From Bacteriovoracaceae bacterium (GTDB lineage Bacteria > Bdellovibrionota > Bacteriovoracia > Bacteriovoracales > Bacteriovoracaceae), in NCBI GenBank assembly GCA_041586955.1, contig JBFGZE010000036.1, positions 1 through 29,051 of the forward strand: a stretch of 29,051 nucleotides of DNA, in the 5' to 3' direction. Positions 17,491 to 26,789 of the stretch are shown here, piece after piece. Within the stretch, counting starts at the first letter, position 1. Every line of letters begins with the position of its first letter. The notes under the pieces were generated by a model. The model did no database searches. It had not been told where the DNA came from and saw nothing but the letters and a program-made list of their open reading frames with translations. A program made the position numbers and the translations under genes.

Positions 17491-18421
17491 AAGAAAATCC
17501 TAAACCAAAGGACATACCACTTATGGTAATTTCATCAGCAAAATTTCCATAGGATTGGAATCGCGCCGTCAGGTTTAAGTACATATTAGTGGCCTCATAT
17601 TCACTGAACATATCATAGGAGTTAACACCCATGGTATTCATGATACTGAATTGGGCCAGACCTTGAGCATAATAACCATAACCAACCTGGCGTACACGCT
17701 TACCTTTTTCGTTATTATCTCTATCATTACGAGTTTGATAAAGACCCATGACTGAGGGCCCTCCGAAAGCAGTTAGCTTAAATCTACTCCCCATTAATAA
17801 TTCTGCTTTTAAAACAGCATCAATAGGGATAGTCCAAAGAGAGATTCTAGTCTCACTTTTTTCCCCACTGATAAAAAACCCTCTACCTTGATTAAAGCCA
17901 AACCCATATTGTAGACCCCATGAAAGATTCACAATGCCCTTTCTCTTATAATAATCTCGCAAAAAATGCAGAGATCCCCCACGAATGGAACCACTTCCCC
18001 GTCTAAATGTTTTTTCATAAGTATCTGATCCAACTTTTTCAACGGCGTAATCATCATAAATATAAGTAAAAGCAAATCCATCTTTACTAGCGTTATTCAC
18101 TCTACGATAAAGCTCATTATTTTTATAATCGGTATAGTTGGTTGGCAGCTCATACTGGCCTTCTGGGATATAGCCATGATTTAATATACGCTCTTTAGTG
18201 TTGAGATTTATAGCATTATAATTAGCGCCAATATCAAGATGACCACTTAGGCCAGTGCCCTTAAATTTGCCCTGTTCTTGATTATCGGGAATATGACTTG
18301 ATGAAGTAGCTTTTTGCTCATCAAGTTGACTATCTCCTGATTGGTCTGGAACGTATTGGTTAAAATCCCCGAGAACAGTCGGTGATAAAAAAAGTAGACA
18401 AAGAAAGGTCTTAATTGTCAT
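17477..18421 (-). CDS. Hypothetical secreted protein; putative outer-membrane beta-barrel
   Basis: Signal peptide MTIKTFLCLLFLSPTVLG from ATG 18421; Gly/aromatic-rich amphipathic strands; C-terminal MSFGLGFSFEYL resembling a beta-signal. Confidence 0.6.
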   Translation of the reverse strand: MTIKTFLCLLFLSPTVLGDFNQYVPDQSGDSQLDEQKATSSSHIPDNQEQGKFKGTGLSGHLDIGANYNAINLNTKERILNHGYIPEGQYELPTNYTDYKNNELYRRVNNASKDGFAFTYIYDDYAVEKVGSDTYEKTFRRGSGSIRGGSLHFLRDYYKRKGIVNLSWGLQYGFGFNQGRGFFISGEKSETRISLWTIPIDAVLKAELLMGSRFKLTAFGGPSVMGLYQTRNDRDNNEKGKRVRQVGYGYYAQGLAQFSIMNTMGVNSYDMFSEYEATNMYLNLTARFQSYGNFADEITISGMSFGLGFSFEYL

Positions 18422-19145
18422 CCGCCCAGTCAAATGCTTCTCCAAATTTTTTCCTATTCTTTATATAGTATAACACTGAAATAATAGCATAACTAAAAAG
18501 AACGAGAGCAAGCATGTACTTATAATAAGAGAAGGTTAGGCCAACAATAACAAACAAGACAAGTAGGGTTTTTTTCCTATGCTCACGAATCCAAGATGAC
18601 TTTTTAAAACTACAGAAAGGAACATTTGTAATCATTAATATGGCATAGAAGAGAGTATAGCCGGCAGCAAGCAAAGGAAGATCCAAAAGAAATTTTTGCT
18701 CTAGAGATAAAAAAACAAAGCCAATAATTGCTAATGCCGCACCTGGAATAGGAAGCCCCTGGAAAAACTCTGAGCTGACTTTATTAATATTTGCATTAAA
18801 TCTTGCGAGTCTTAGAGCACCACATAGCAAATAGAGGAAACTTACAAAAAAACCAAATCTCCCTAATTGCTCTAAATATAATTTATACATCAAGAAAGCG
18901 GGCGCAATGCCAAAAGAAACAACATCGCTAATAGAATCAAATTGTTCGCCAAATGAAGACTGAGTCCCTGTCAGCCTAGCAATGCGGCCATCAACGGAGT
19001 CAAAGATAGCGCCTAAAACAAGGACAAAGCAGGCCATTTCAAATCGACCACCTAGTGATAAAATAATAGCACCGTGGCCACAGGCCATATTTAAAGCAGT
19101 AAAGGAGTTTGGTAAGAAAAAGGATAGTTTTTTGGCATTACTCAT
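18411..19145 (-). CDS. pssA: CDP-diacylglycerol--serine O-phosphatidyltransferase (type II)
   Basis: LPNSFT, CDP-alcohol phosphotransferase motif DSVDGRIAR...G.QFDSISD, RLARFN and FQGLPIP; ATG 19145 overlaps the upstream TGA. Confidence 0.93.
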   Translation of the reverse strand: MSNAKKLSFFLPNSFTALNMACGHGAIILSLGGRFEMACFVLVLGAIFDSVDGRIARLTGTQSSFGEQFDSISDVVSFGIAPAFLMYKLYLEQLGRFGFFVSFLYLLCGALRLARFNANINKVSSEFFQGLPIPGAALAIIGFVFLSLEQKFLLDLPLLAAGYTLFYAILMITNVPFCSFKKSSWIREHRKKTLLVLFVIVGLTFSYYKYMLALVLFSYAIISVLYYIKNRKKFGEAFDWADDN

Positions 19146-19831
19146 AAAGTTAAATTTTCCTCTAGGCACCCAATTAATGTTTCACCTGCTACTAATTTGG
19201 TGCCTGAATTAATTTTTAAATCAAATTCTTTTGGTATGTGAATGATAGTCGTGCCCCCAAAGGGTACATGGCCAAAATTGACCTTAGACTTTCCTCGATC
19301 ACCAACCCCAAGAAAGATTTTAGGCGCCATTCCAAATAAGCAGGGAATGAACTCTATTCCAAATAACCTATTGGTTTTATTTTTAACCCAAACGGACATT
19401 TTTGAAAATTGTTGCTCTTTTTCTTTCTTATAAAGATATCGAAAAGATGGTATTCCTTCTTGCCAGGTTATATCATGAATTTCACTACTTAAAGGAAAAT
19501 AGACACCATATTCATTAAGTATATGAGACACAATTCGTATTGAATTATAATCAATTAATTCATCTTTTTTATTCTGTCCCCTAATGATTTCCACGACTTT
19601 TCCGTTTACTGGTGAAAAAATCATATTATTATCAAACTCCATAGCATCTGCTGCAAGGGAGTGTCTTTTTCTAAAAAGGAAAACGCCCAGACCATAAACG
19701 AGGAGAACGGCCAATATAACGTAAGGAATACCCGATATTAGGGACACAAAAATAAGAAAAAAAAAACAAAAAATGAACCGATGTTTTAAAATAGCTTCCC
19801 ATAACTTACTGCCCAACGGGTTTAAACTCAT
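19142..19831 (-). CDS. Phosphatidylserine decarboxylase-like protein, apparently lacking the catalytic Ser and His
   Basis: N-terminal TMs, IFSPVNGKV and C-terminal G..LVAGETLIG resemble short Psd; the cleavage site reads FGGT rather than FGS; coupled to pssA. Confidence 0.7.
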   Translation of the reverse strand: MSLNPLGSKLWEAILKHRFIFCFFFLIFVSLISGIPYVILAVLLVYGLGVFLFRKRHSLAADAMEFDNNMIFSPVNGKVVEIIRGQNKKDELIDYNSIRIVSHILNEYGVYFPLSSEIHDITWQEGIPSFRYLYKKEKEQQFSKMSVWVKNKTNRLFGIEFIPCLFGMAPKIFLGVGDRGKSKVNFGHVPFGGTTIIHIPKEFDLKINSGTKLVAGETLIGCLEENLTL

Positions 19832-20432
19832 CTTCCAATTCTCGATAATAAAATGGTTTTTGCTTCATTTTATTCTCAAAAATAGCAGAAAATAGCTTTT
19901 GGGGATTCTGCCCGATTAATTCAATAGTGGATTTTGTTTCTCGATCTCCAAACGTTTTATTAAATGAATAAATAATAGTCGAATGTGGATCTAATTTATC
20001 AAACTCCTCAACTGTAATTAACTTCTTCTCGCCCTTTTTATCAGCGTGTTGATAAAGAAAAACCTCTTTCTTAAAAGCGTTCGCAACAAAATGATAATCT
20101 GTCATACCCAAAATTTCGGGAACTTGGAAATGATAAAATGAAAATGTCTCAATGCCATGAAGAGCAAATATATCGAGGATACCTTGTCCCATTCTCATTC
20201 CAGTATAGGAGCCAGGGCCTGCTGTAATAACAACCTTATCGATGCTATCAATTTTCAAATTATTGTTTGATAGGAATTGGTAAATATATCCATGTACGAT
20301 AGAGGCACTTTGTCTTATATCAAGCGATGCATATTCCAGCCAATTATTATCTGAGTCAAGAATTCCTAGGCCTAATATATCGCAACTATCAATAAATAGC
20401 TTATGGCCCTTGGAAGAATCTAGAGAAGTCAT
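19806..20432 (-). CDS. tsaB: tRNA threonylcarbamoyladenosine biosynthesis protein TsaB
   Basis: LFIDS, GPGSYTGMRMG, NAFKKEVF and PFYYR; ATG 20432 with GGAG RBS. Confidence 0.85.
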   Translation of the reverse strand: MTSLDSSKGHKLFIDSCDILGLGILDSDNNWLEYASLDIRQSASIVHGYIYQFLSNNNLKIDSIDKVVITAGPGSYTGMRMGQGILDIFALHGIETFSFYHFQVPEILGMTDYHFVANAFKKEVFLYQHADKKGEKKLITVEEFDKLDPHSTIIYSFNKTFGDRETKSTIELIGQNPQKLFSAIFENKMKQKPFYYRELEDEFKPVGQ

Positions 20433-21960
20433 TAAATATTGCTCCAATCATCAACAATAGCAATAGGGTTAACCCAAACTGTTGAGCAATTTCCATTTTC
20501 CGTCTTGATACTGGACCTCTATTTATAAGCTCTAAGAAAATAAATAAGATATGCCCGCCATCTAAAACAGGGACAGGGAAAAGATTAATTACACCGAGGT
20601 TGATCGATATGAGTGCCATCAATTGAAAAAAATAAGATAGACTTGTGTTAAAGGAGTCCGAGGCAACCTTTCCAATCGCTAAAGGCCCTCCCACGTTGCT
20701 AAAAGAGACCTCATTTGTCACCAATTTTTTAAAACTCTCCAGTGTTTTAAAAGTTGTCTCATAAGTTCTTAGTAAAGAGCTTTTAACTGAAGCAAGAAAA
20801 CCCTTCGCTCTCACCTCAATAAACTGTGGCCCTTCAAAAATACCACCACTATAAATTCCAAGTAGTTTAATATGCTTCCCGCCAATCTCTTTTACTTCAG
20901 CGGTTATTTTGGCCTGATGAACCTGACCATCTCTCAGATAGGAAACCTCAACATCATTAGAATTAAAGGCCTGAAGCTCTTTTCTCAAATCATCGAAATT
21001 TAAAATGGGTTTTTCATTAATAGCAACAACAATATCATTTGCCTTAATACCCGCTTTATCCGCAGGAGATTTCATATTAACGCTACGAACTTTTAAATCG
21101 TGAGCATAATATCCTCTATTCCTAAGCTCTAAAAGAAGCGAATGCCTATTCTCTAAATTGGCCCTGAAGCTAATCGCCAAGCTCCCTAATTTCTCTTCTG
21201 CAAGTAATTGATAAACGAATACTTCATGATCACCTTTGAAATGAAAAAGTGACTCAAGAGAGTAGTTAAGAGAAGGTTTATATTGGTCGAGAGAAACGAC
21301 AAATTGTTTTCCAAAATTATCTAATAAAATGGCCTTTCTTAATATGGGGTTGGTTTTAGCAAGTAATTGAAAAAAGTCTTCCCCATTCATATTAATGGTA
21401 AAAGTTTTTTCTTCACCAAACCTTTTAACGCTAAGAGTATCAATATAATTATTACCCTCAATAATTATATCCGATGCGGTAAAAACTTCTTTTTTGTTCA
21501 CTTTGGTTAAAATATCCCCAGACATAAGCTTTGTTTGAGACAAGGGATTTTCTGGAGTTATTGCACCAATCTTGATTTCTGGAGCCTTTTCCCCTGCAAA
21601 AGCAAGAAAAAAGAAAATACAAAAGGCCATTAGAAAATTGGCCAATGGGCCCCCTAAAACAATCCAAAACCTGGCCCACTTACTTTTATGAGTAAAACTT
21701 AGGGCCCTTTCCTCTTCGGGGATTTCCTCTTTTTTTAAAGGATCATCCCCAAACATTTTCACATAGCCACCTAATGGAATAAGGGATATGGCGTATTCGG
21801 TATCACCTTTTTTAAAGCGAAATAGTTTTGGGCCAAAGCCAATGGAAAATACCTCGACTCGGACGCCAAACAATCTAGCAAAGAGGAAGTGCCCTAACTC
21901 GTGGAAAAAGACGAGAGGACCAAGAAAAATGATAAAAATTAAAAATCGCTCTATAAACAT
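20401..21960 (-). CDS. rseP: RIP metalloprotease RseP with PDZ domains
   Basis: FHELGH (HEXXH), IPLGGYVKM, GPLAN, SPADKAGIKANDIV (PDZ) and NLFPVPVLDGG. Confidence 0.96.
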   Translation of the reverse strand: MFIERFLIFIIFLGPLVFFHELGHFLFARLFGVRVEVFSIGFGPKLFRFKKGDTEYAISLIPLGGYVKMFGDDPLKKEEIPEEERALSFTHKSKWARFWIVLGGPLANFLMAFCIFFFLAFAGEKAPEIKIGAITPENPLSQTKLMSGDILTKVNKKEVFTASDIIIEGNNYIDTLSVKRFGEEKTFTINMNGEDFFQLLAKTNPILRKAILLDNFGKQFVVSLDQYKPSLNYSLESLFHFKGDHEVFVYQLLAEEKLGSLAISFRANLENRHSLLLELRNRGYYAHDLKVRSVNMKSPADKAGIKANDIVVAINEKPILNFDDLRKELQAFNSNDVEVSYLRDGQVHQAKITAEVKEIGGKHIKLLGIYSGGIFEGPQFIEVRAKGFLASVKSSLLRTYETTFKTLESFKKLVTNEVSFSNVGGPLAIGKVASDSFNTSLSYFFQLMALISINLGVINLFPVPVLDGGHILFIFLELINRGPVSRRKMEIAQQFGLTLLLLLMIGAIFNDFSRFFQGP

Positions 21961-21969
21961 AATTTCAAT

Positions 21970-22803
21970 TTAGCTATTACCCAAAAATAAGTATTTAAAA
22001 GAGATAGCAAAAAATGGGGTTAGAAACATTAAGCTATCTAATCTATCATACACCCCACCATGGCCAGGAATCAAAGAGGAACTATCTTTTATTTCACATT
22101 CCCTCTTGATTTTAGACTGAACTAAGTCCCCAAGTTGAGAAATTAGGCCTAAAACTGTGAATAAGAGGTAATATTGAATACTCATTTTATCAAACAATAA
22201 CTGAAGCGACACGCCGCCCAAGAGACCCGCAAAAACCATTCCACCAATCAGCCCTTCTATTGTCTTTTTCGGGCTTACCTTCTCCCATAGCTTATGTTTG
22301 CCAATACTTTTGCCCACAAACCAAGCACCAGTATCCATTCCAAAATTAACGATCAAAAGTAATGCTAATACTTCTTTCCACATCACCAAGTAAAGAAAGT
22401 CGGTTAAAATGATAAAGGGAATTAGGATATAAATGCCGAAAATAAAGGGCAAGCGTTTGGATAAACGTGTCAATACCTTACTTTGAATTTCAGGATAAAC
22501 AAGGTAAAAAATGAGGCCAAAATTTAAAAGTAAACCCAATTGATTAATCACTGCCACAATCTGGGGGCTTCGCCCTAAAAGGCCAAGAGCTATATAAGGA
22601 AAGATAAAAATCGACTGATTAATAAGATAGAGTAATGAAAACCTTTTTAGACCAAAAAGGTTCACCGTTACTTCATCTAGAACCAATACCCCAGCAAGAC
22701 CTAAAAAAGCTATTGTTGCTGAAGTGCCTAGGTATATACAAGTAAATACAATAGTAACAAGAACAATTGCTGAGCTAATCCTGAGGACCGTATTTTTAGA
22801 CAT
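21970..22803 (-). CDS. cdsA: Phosphatidate cytidylyltransferase
   Basis: DTGAWFVG, SPKKTIEG and GDLVQSKIKR...KDSSSLIPGHGGVYDRLDS. Confidence 0.96.
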   Translation of the reverse strand: MSKNTVLRISSAIVLVTIVFTCIYLGTSATIAFLGLAGVLVLDEVTVNLFGLKRFSLLYLINQSIFIFPYIALGLLGRSPQIVAVINQLGLLLNFGLIFYLVYPEIQSKVLTRLSKRLPFIFGIYILIPFIILTDFLYLVMWKEVLALLLIVNFGMDTGAWFVGKSIGKHKLWEKVSPKKTIEGLIGGMVFAGLLGGVSLQLLFDKMSIQYYLLFTVLGLISQLGDLVQSKIKRECEIKDSSSLIPGHGGVYDRLDSLMFLTPFFAISFKYLFLGNS

Positions 22804-23575
22804 TCAAAAAACCTTTTGGATTATTTATTTTCTTTTTATTTTGGTATGCCAGTTTTTTTGTAATATCTAGCGAAGGTTGTTTTTCGATAGCACCAAACCT
22901 ACGTTCTCGGTTTGAAACTTCTGAAAGAATACTTCGAAACTCATGACAGGTGAAATCTGGCCACATCGTGGGCGTGAAATAAAGCTCTGCATAAGCAATT
23001 TGCCAAAGAAGAAAATTGGAGATCCGATAATCCCCACCCGTTCGAATGAGAAGATCAACATCTGGCAGATCTGGAACATAAAGATTATCTCTAATATCCG
23101 ATTCTTCTAGCTTTTTCCCAGGATTTTGTTCAATAAATTGATTAACTGCTGAAAGCAATTCATTTCTTCCGCCATAACCAAAAGCGAATGTTAGCTTCAG
23201 ACCCTGGTTATCGGCAGTTTCGGCCTCTAGCCCTTGAATAAGTGAAAGAGTCGCCTCCGGCAGGCGACCAATTTCTCCCATCACTTTAAAACGAATATTA
23301 TTTTTAATAATACGATTTTTTTCTTTTAATAAAAATTTACGAAGAAGGGAGAATAATGTCGTTACCTCTTTTAAAGGGCGACTCCAATTTTCAGAAGAAA
23401 AGGCGTAAAGAGTCAAGGCCTTGACCCCAAGGTCATTGGCCTCTTCTACAATATTAGAAATAATTGAGGAACCGCGAATATGACCCCATACACGAGGTCT
23501 GGACCGTTTTTTGGCCCATCGGCCATTACCATCCATGATAACCGCTATATGGTCTATTCCCTTATTCTCTGCCAC
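22796..23575 (-). CDS. uppS: Undecaprenyl diphosphate synthase
   Basis: HIAVIMDGNGRWA, YAFSSENWSRP, DLLIRTGG.YRISNFLLWQ and RRFG. Confidence 0.97.
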   Translation of the reverse strand: MAENKGIDHIAVIMDGNGRWAKKRSRPRVWGHIRGSSIISNIVEEANDLGVKALTLYAFSSENWSRPLKEVTTLFSLLRKFLLKEKNRIIKNNIRFKVMGEIGRLPEATLSLIQGLEAETADNQGLKLTFAFGYGGRNELLSAVNQFIEQNPGKKLEESDIRDNLYVPDLPDVDLLIRTGGDYRISNFLLWQIAYAELYFTPTMWPDFTCHEFRSILSEVSNRERRFGAIEKQPSLDITKKLAYQNKKKINNPKGFLNV

Positions 23576-23585
23576 TTTTTGAACC

Positions 23586-24143
23586 TTAAATCGTTAAAAG
23601 CTCTTCTTCTTTCTTCACAATAATCTGATCAACTTTTTTCACGTGCTCATCAGTGATAGTTTGGATCTCACTTTGATATTTTTTGGAATCATCTTCTGAA
23701 ATCTCTTTCGCTTTTTCAGATTTTTTAACAAGCTCATTTTGATCACGACGACAATTTCGAATGGCAATTTTCGCGTCTTCTCCAAATTTTTTAATATCCC
23801 TAACTTGTTCTTTACGACGATCTTCAGTCAAAGCAGGAAAAGGAATTCGAATTAAATTGCCATCATTCGACGGAGTTAATCCTAGATTGGCCGTAAGGAT
23901 TGCTTTTTCAATCGGTGCAATCATTGTTTTATCGAAGGGCTGAATTTGTAGTAACCTTGCTTCAGGCGTACTTACCTGACCAACCTGCGCGACAGGAGTT
24001 GGAGAACCATAATAATCAACAACAACTCCATCAAGTACGCTAGCAGAAGCTCTACCAGTTCTTACTTTTGTTAATTGATGCAGTAGAGACTCAATCGCCT
24101 TATTCATTGAAGATTCCATACTAGTGCGAATTTCACCCATCAT
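23586..24143 (-). CDS. frr: Ribosome recycling factor
   Basis: VRTGRAS, DYYGSPTP, NDGNLIRI and position after pyrH. Confidence 0.97.
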   Translation of the reverse strand: MMGEIRTSMESSMNKAIESLLHQLTKVRTGRASASVLDGVVVDYYGSPTPVAQVGQVSTPEARLLQIQPFDKTMIAPIEKAILTANLGLTPSNDGNLIRIPFPALTEDRRKEQVRDIKKFGEDAKIAIRNCRRDQNELVKKSEKAKEISEDDSKKYQSEIQTITDEHVKKVDQIIVKKEEELLTI

Positions 24144-24175
24144 ATTAATACCCCTTCTTAATTTATATCATTTAA

Positions 24176-24886
24176 CTAATTAGCAGTTACAAGTGTTCCG
24201 ATCTTATCCCCGTTCACGGCCTTTTGTATATTACCCTTTTCAAATACATTGAATACAATAATATTAATATTATTGTCCATACAGAAGGTAATCGCTGTTG
24301 AGTCCATCACCTTTAGTCTCTGGTTAATAATGTCCACGTAGCTCAACGAGTCATACATCTTTGCATCATCGTGAGACACGGGATCCTTATCGTAAACGCC
24401 ATCAACCTTAGTGGCCTTCATAATAATTTCAGCATCAATTTCGCTGGCCCGCAAAGAGGCAGCGGTATCAGTGGTAAAGTATGGATTTCCTGTTCCACCT
24501 GCAAAAATGACCACTCTCCCCTTCTCCAGGTGACGCACAGCTCTTCTTCTAATATATGGCTCTGCAATTTTTTTCATTTCAACAGCAGTTAAAACTCTAG
24601 TATCAACCCCAATTCTCTCTAAGCAATCTTGAACAGCAATTGAATTGATAATCGTGGCCAACATACCCATATGATCTGATGTTGTTCGGTCCATACCTAT
24701 CGTCGCCCCAGCAACGCCTCTATGAATATTTCCTCCACCAATAACAATTCCAATCTCAACACCTTGGTCATGAACGGCCTTAAGTTCTTCACAGAGACCT
24801 TTCAAAGTTTCCTGACAAATACCTCCACCTTGACTACCTGCAAGGGCTTCTCCAGATAATTTTAGCAAGATTCTTTTATACTTCAT
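24176..24886 (-). CDS. pyrH: UMP kinase
   Basis: [27 protein letters not shown] and [13 protein letters not shown] 24886 preferred (AAGGAG-N5-ATG). Confidence 0.97.
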   Translation of the reverse strand: MKYKRILLKLSGEALAGSQGGGICQETLKGLCEELKAVHDQGVEIGIVIGGGNIHRGVAGATIGMDRTTSDHMGMLATIINSIAVQDCLERIGVDTRVLTAVEMKKIAEPYIRRRAVRHLEKGRVVIFAGGTGNPYFTTDTAASLRASEIDAEIIMKATKVDGVYDKDPVSHDDAKMYDSLSYVDIINQRLKVMDSTAITFCMDNNINIIVFNVFEKGNIQKAVNGDKIGTLVTAN

Positions 24887-24927
24887 TTCCACTCCTTCAA
24901 GAATTACGAGGTCTTTACAATAGGATC

Positions 24928-24955
24928 AAAAAAAAAGGGGCCATAAAGCCCCTTT
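24928..24955 (-). terminator. Intrinsic terminator after tsf
   Basis: Minus strand AAAGGGGC-TTTATG-GCCCC followed by T9. Confidence 0.85.
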
Positions 24956-24979
24956 AACACATGACAAATAATATTCAGT

Positions 24980-25870
24980 CTACTGCTTTCCTGTCATTTT
25001 TGCCACTTCGTCTGCCAAGTTATCTTCTTTTTTCTCGATACCTTGACCAAGGTTTACTTTATAAAAGCTATTAACCTTGAGCTCTGCGCCAATTTTACTA
25101 CCGACAGAAGCAACAAGCTTACCAACAGTTGTATCAGGATCTTTAACAAATTTTTGTTCAAGTAAACATACTTCTGAGGCCAGTTTCTTTAATTTACCCT
25201 CAACAATTTTAGGAATCATATTTTCAGGTTTCCCTTCTTCCTTCAATTGACCAGCATAAATTTCAGCTTCTTTATTTTTGAAGTCCTCATCAATACCAGA
25301 TGCATCTAAGAATTTTGGATCCGCTGCTGCAACATGCATCGCAAGATCTTTTAATAATTCCTGGAAATCATCATTATTAACATCACCATTAGTTTCAACG
25401 TCAACGAGTACACCGATACGGCCACCGTGGTTATAAGAACCGAGGGCGCCCTTTGTTGTCACTAAATCAAAACGACGGAGGTCAATTTTCTCACCACATT
25501 TAAGAGTAAGCTCATTAACCGCTTCAGCTTTAGTTTCTTTTAATGCTTCGATATTAGCTGGTGCATTAGTAAGAACAAAGTTGGCAATATCTCGGCCAAA
25601 GCCTTGGAAATCATCGCCTTTTGAAACGAAGTCTGTTTCACAATTAACTTCAACGATAACGCCTTTATTACCTTCAACTAGTGTTACAACAACACCTTCA
25701 GCAGCAATACGGCCCTGCTTTTTTTGTGCCGCTGCAAGTCCCTTCTTGCGAAGAAATTCTACTGCAGCATCAATATCACCACTTGTTTCCGATAAAGCTT
25801 GTTTACAGGCCATCATTCCTGCGCCTGTCATTTCTCTTAATTTTTTTACATCACTAGCTGTTATTGCCAT
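24980..25870 (-). CDS. tsf: Elongation factor Ts
   Basis: VKKLREMTGAGMMACK, EVNCETDFV and AMHVAA. Confidence 0.98.
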   Translation of the reverse strand: MAITASDVKKLREMTGAGMMACKQALSETSGDIDAAVEFLRKKGLAAAQKKQGRIAAEGVVVTLVEGNKGVIVEVNCETDFVSKGDDFQGFGRDIANFVLTNAPANIEALKETKAEAVNELTLKCGEKIDLRRFDLVTTKGALGSYNHGGRIGVLVDVETNGDVNNDDFQELLKDLAMHVAAADPKFLDASGIDEDFKNKEAEIYAGQLKEEGKPENMIPKIVEGKLKKLASEVCLLEQKFVKDPDTTVGKLVASVGSKIGAELKVNSFYKVNLGQGIEKKEDNLADEVAKMTGKQ

Positions 25871-25952
25871 CTTATCTATCCTTTTTTATTCACCTTCTAT
25901 TTAAGTTCCACATGATTGAAAGCTTAAAATATTCTCCATAAAAGATTTGCAT

Positions 25953-25983
25953 ACTCGAGGGCCACCTATAAAGCAGCCCGAGT
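25953..25983 (-). other. Stem-loop in the rpsB-tsf spacer
   Basis: mRNA ACUCG-GGCUGCUU-UAU-AGGUGGCC-CU-CGAGU; uses G-U pairs available only on the minus strand; no U-tail. Confidence 0.55.
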
Positions 25984-25990
25984 GAGGATA

Positions 25991-26773
25991 CTATTCTTCT
26001 TCGCCTAGGAGATCGATATCTTTTTCAAATTTCGAAATAATTTCTTTTTCTAAAGAAACATCTCGACCTTTACCAGTAGCTTTCGCTCCCTTGCTTCCGC
26101 CTTCAGTTACAGAGTTTGCAAAGTATTCAGCAAATAAAGTGACCGACTTAATCGCATCATCGTTACCAGGAACAATATAATCAACACCATCAGGATTACA
26201 ATTTGTATCTGTAATAGCGACAACAGGAATTCCTAATGTATTAGCTTCTTGAATAGCAATTCTTTCATTGCTTGGATCAACAATAAAAAGTGCGCCAGGA
26301 AGTTTTCTCATATCTTTAATACCACCAAGGTTTCTTTCTAGCTTGACGATATCTTTATCAATTTTAATTCTTTCTTTTTTAGTTAATAGATCAAATTGAC
26401 CATTTTCTTTCATGGTTTCAACTTTTCTAATTTTATCAATTGAAAGGGCAATTGTTTTAAAGTTAGTTAGCATACCACCTAACCATCTGTGAGTTACATA
26501 AAAAGCACCACATGATTCAGCAGCATTCTTAACAACTTCTGAAGCTTGTCTTTTTGTACCAACGAAAAGAACTGGTCTTCCTTCACTTGTTACTTTTTTC
26601 ATAAAGTCATAAGCTTTTTTTGCCATCGGAATTGTTTTCCCAAGGTCAATAATATAAATACCGTTTCTCTCCCCATAAACAAATTTCTTCATTTTTGGGT
26701 TCCATTTGTGAGTCTGGTGACCAAAGTGAGCACCCGCTTGTAACAAATCTTGTAAGTTTAAATCACTACTCAT
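25991..26773 (-). CDS. rpsB: 30S ribosomal protein S2
   Basis: AGAHFGHQTHKWNPKM, FVGTKRQA, RWLGGMLTN, DTNCNPD and PGNDDAIKS; AAGGAG RBS at 26779-26784. Confidence 0.99.
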   Translation of the reverse strand: MSSDLNLQDLLQAGAHFGHQTHKWNPKMKKFVYGERNGIYIIDLGKTIPMAKKAYDFMKKVTSEGRPVLFVGTKRQASEVVKNAAESCGAFYVTHRWLGGMLTNFKTIALSIDKIRKVETMKENGQFDLLTKKERIKIDKDIVKLERNLGGIKDMRKLPGALFIVDPSNERIAIQEANTLGIPVVAITDTNCNPDGVDYIVPGNDDAIKSVTLFAEYFANSVTEGGSKGAKATGKGRDVSLEKEIISKFEKDIDLLGEEE

Positions 26774-26789
26774 AACAACTCCTTAAATT

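Noticed and set aside
19757..19802. Possible frameshift in the psd-like gene: an out-of-frame ATG at 19802 just after the tsaB stop, plus a T10 run (19757-19766) whose shortening by one base would bring it in frame
   Set aside because: The frame is already open from ATG 19831 with a plausible N-terminus, and overlapping starts are common in this operon. It cannot be supported without reads or orthologues.
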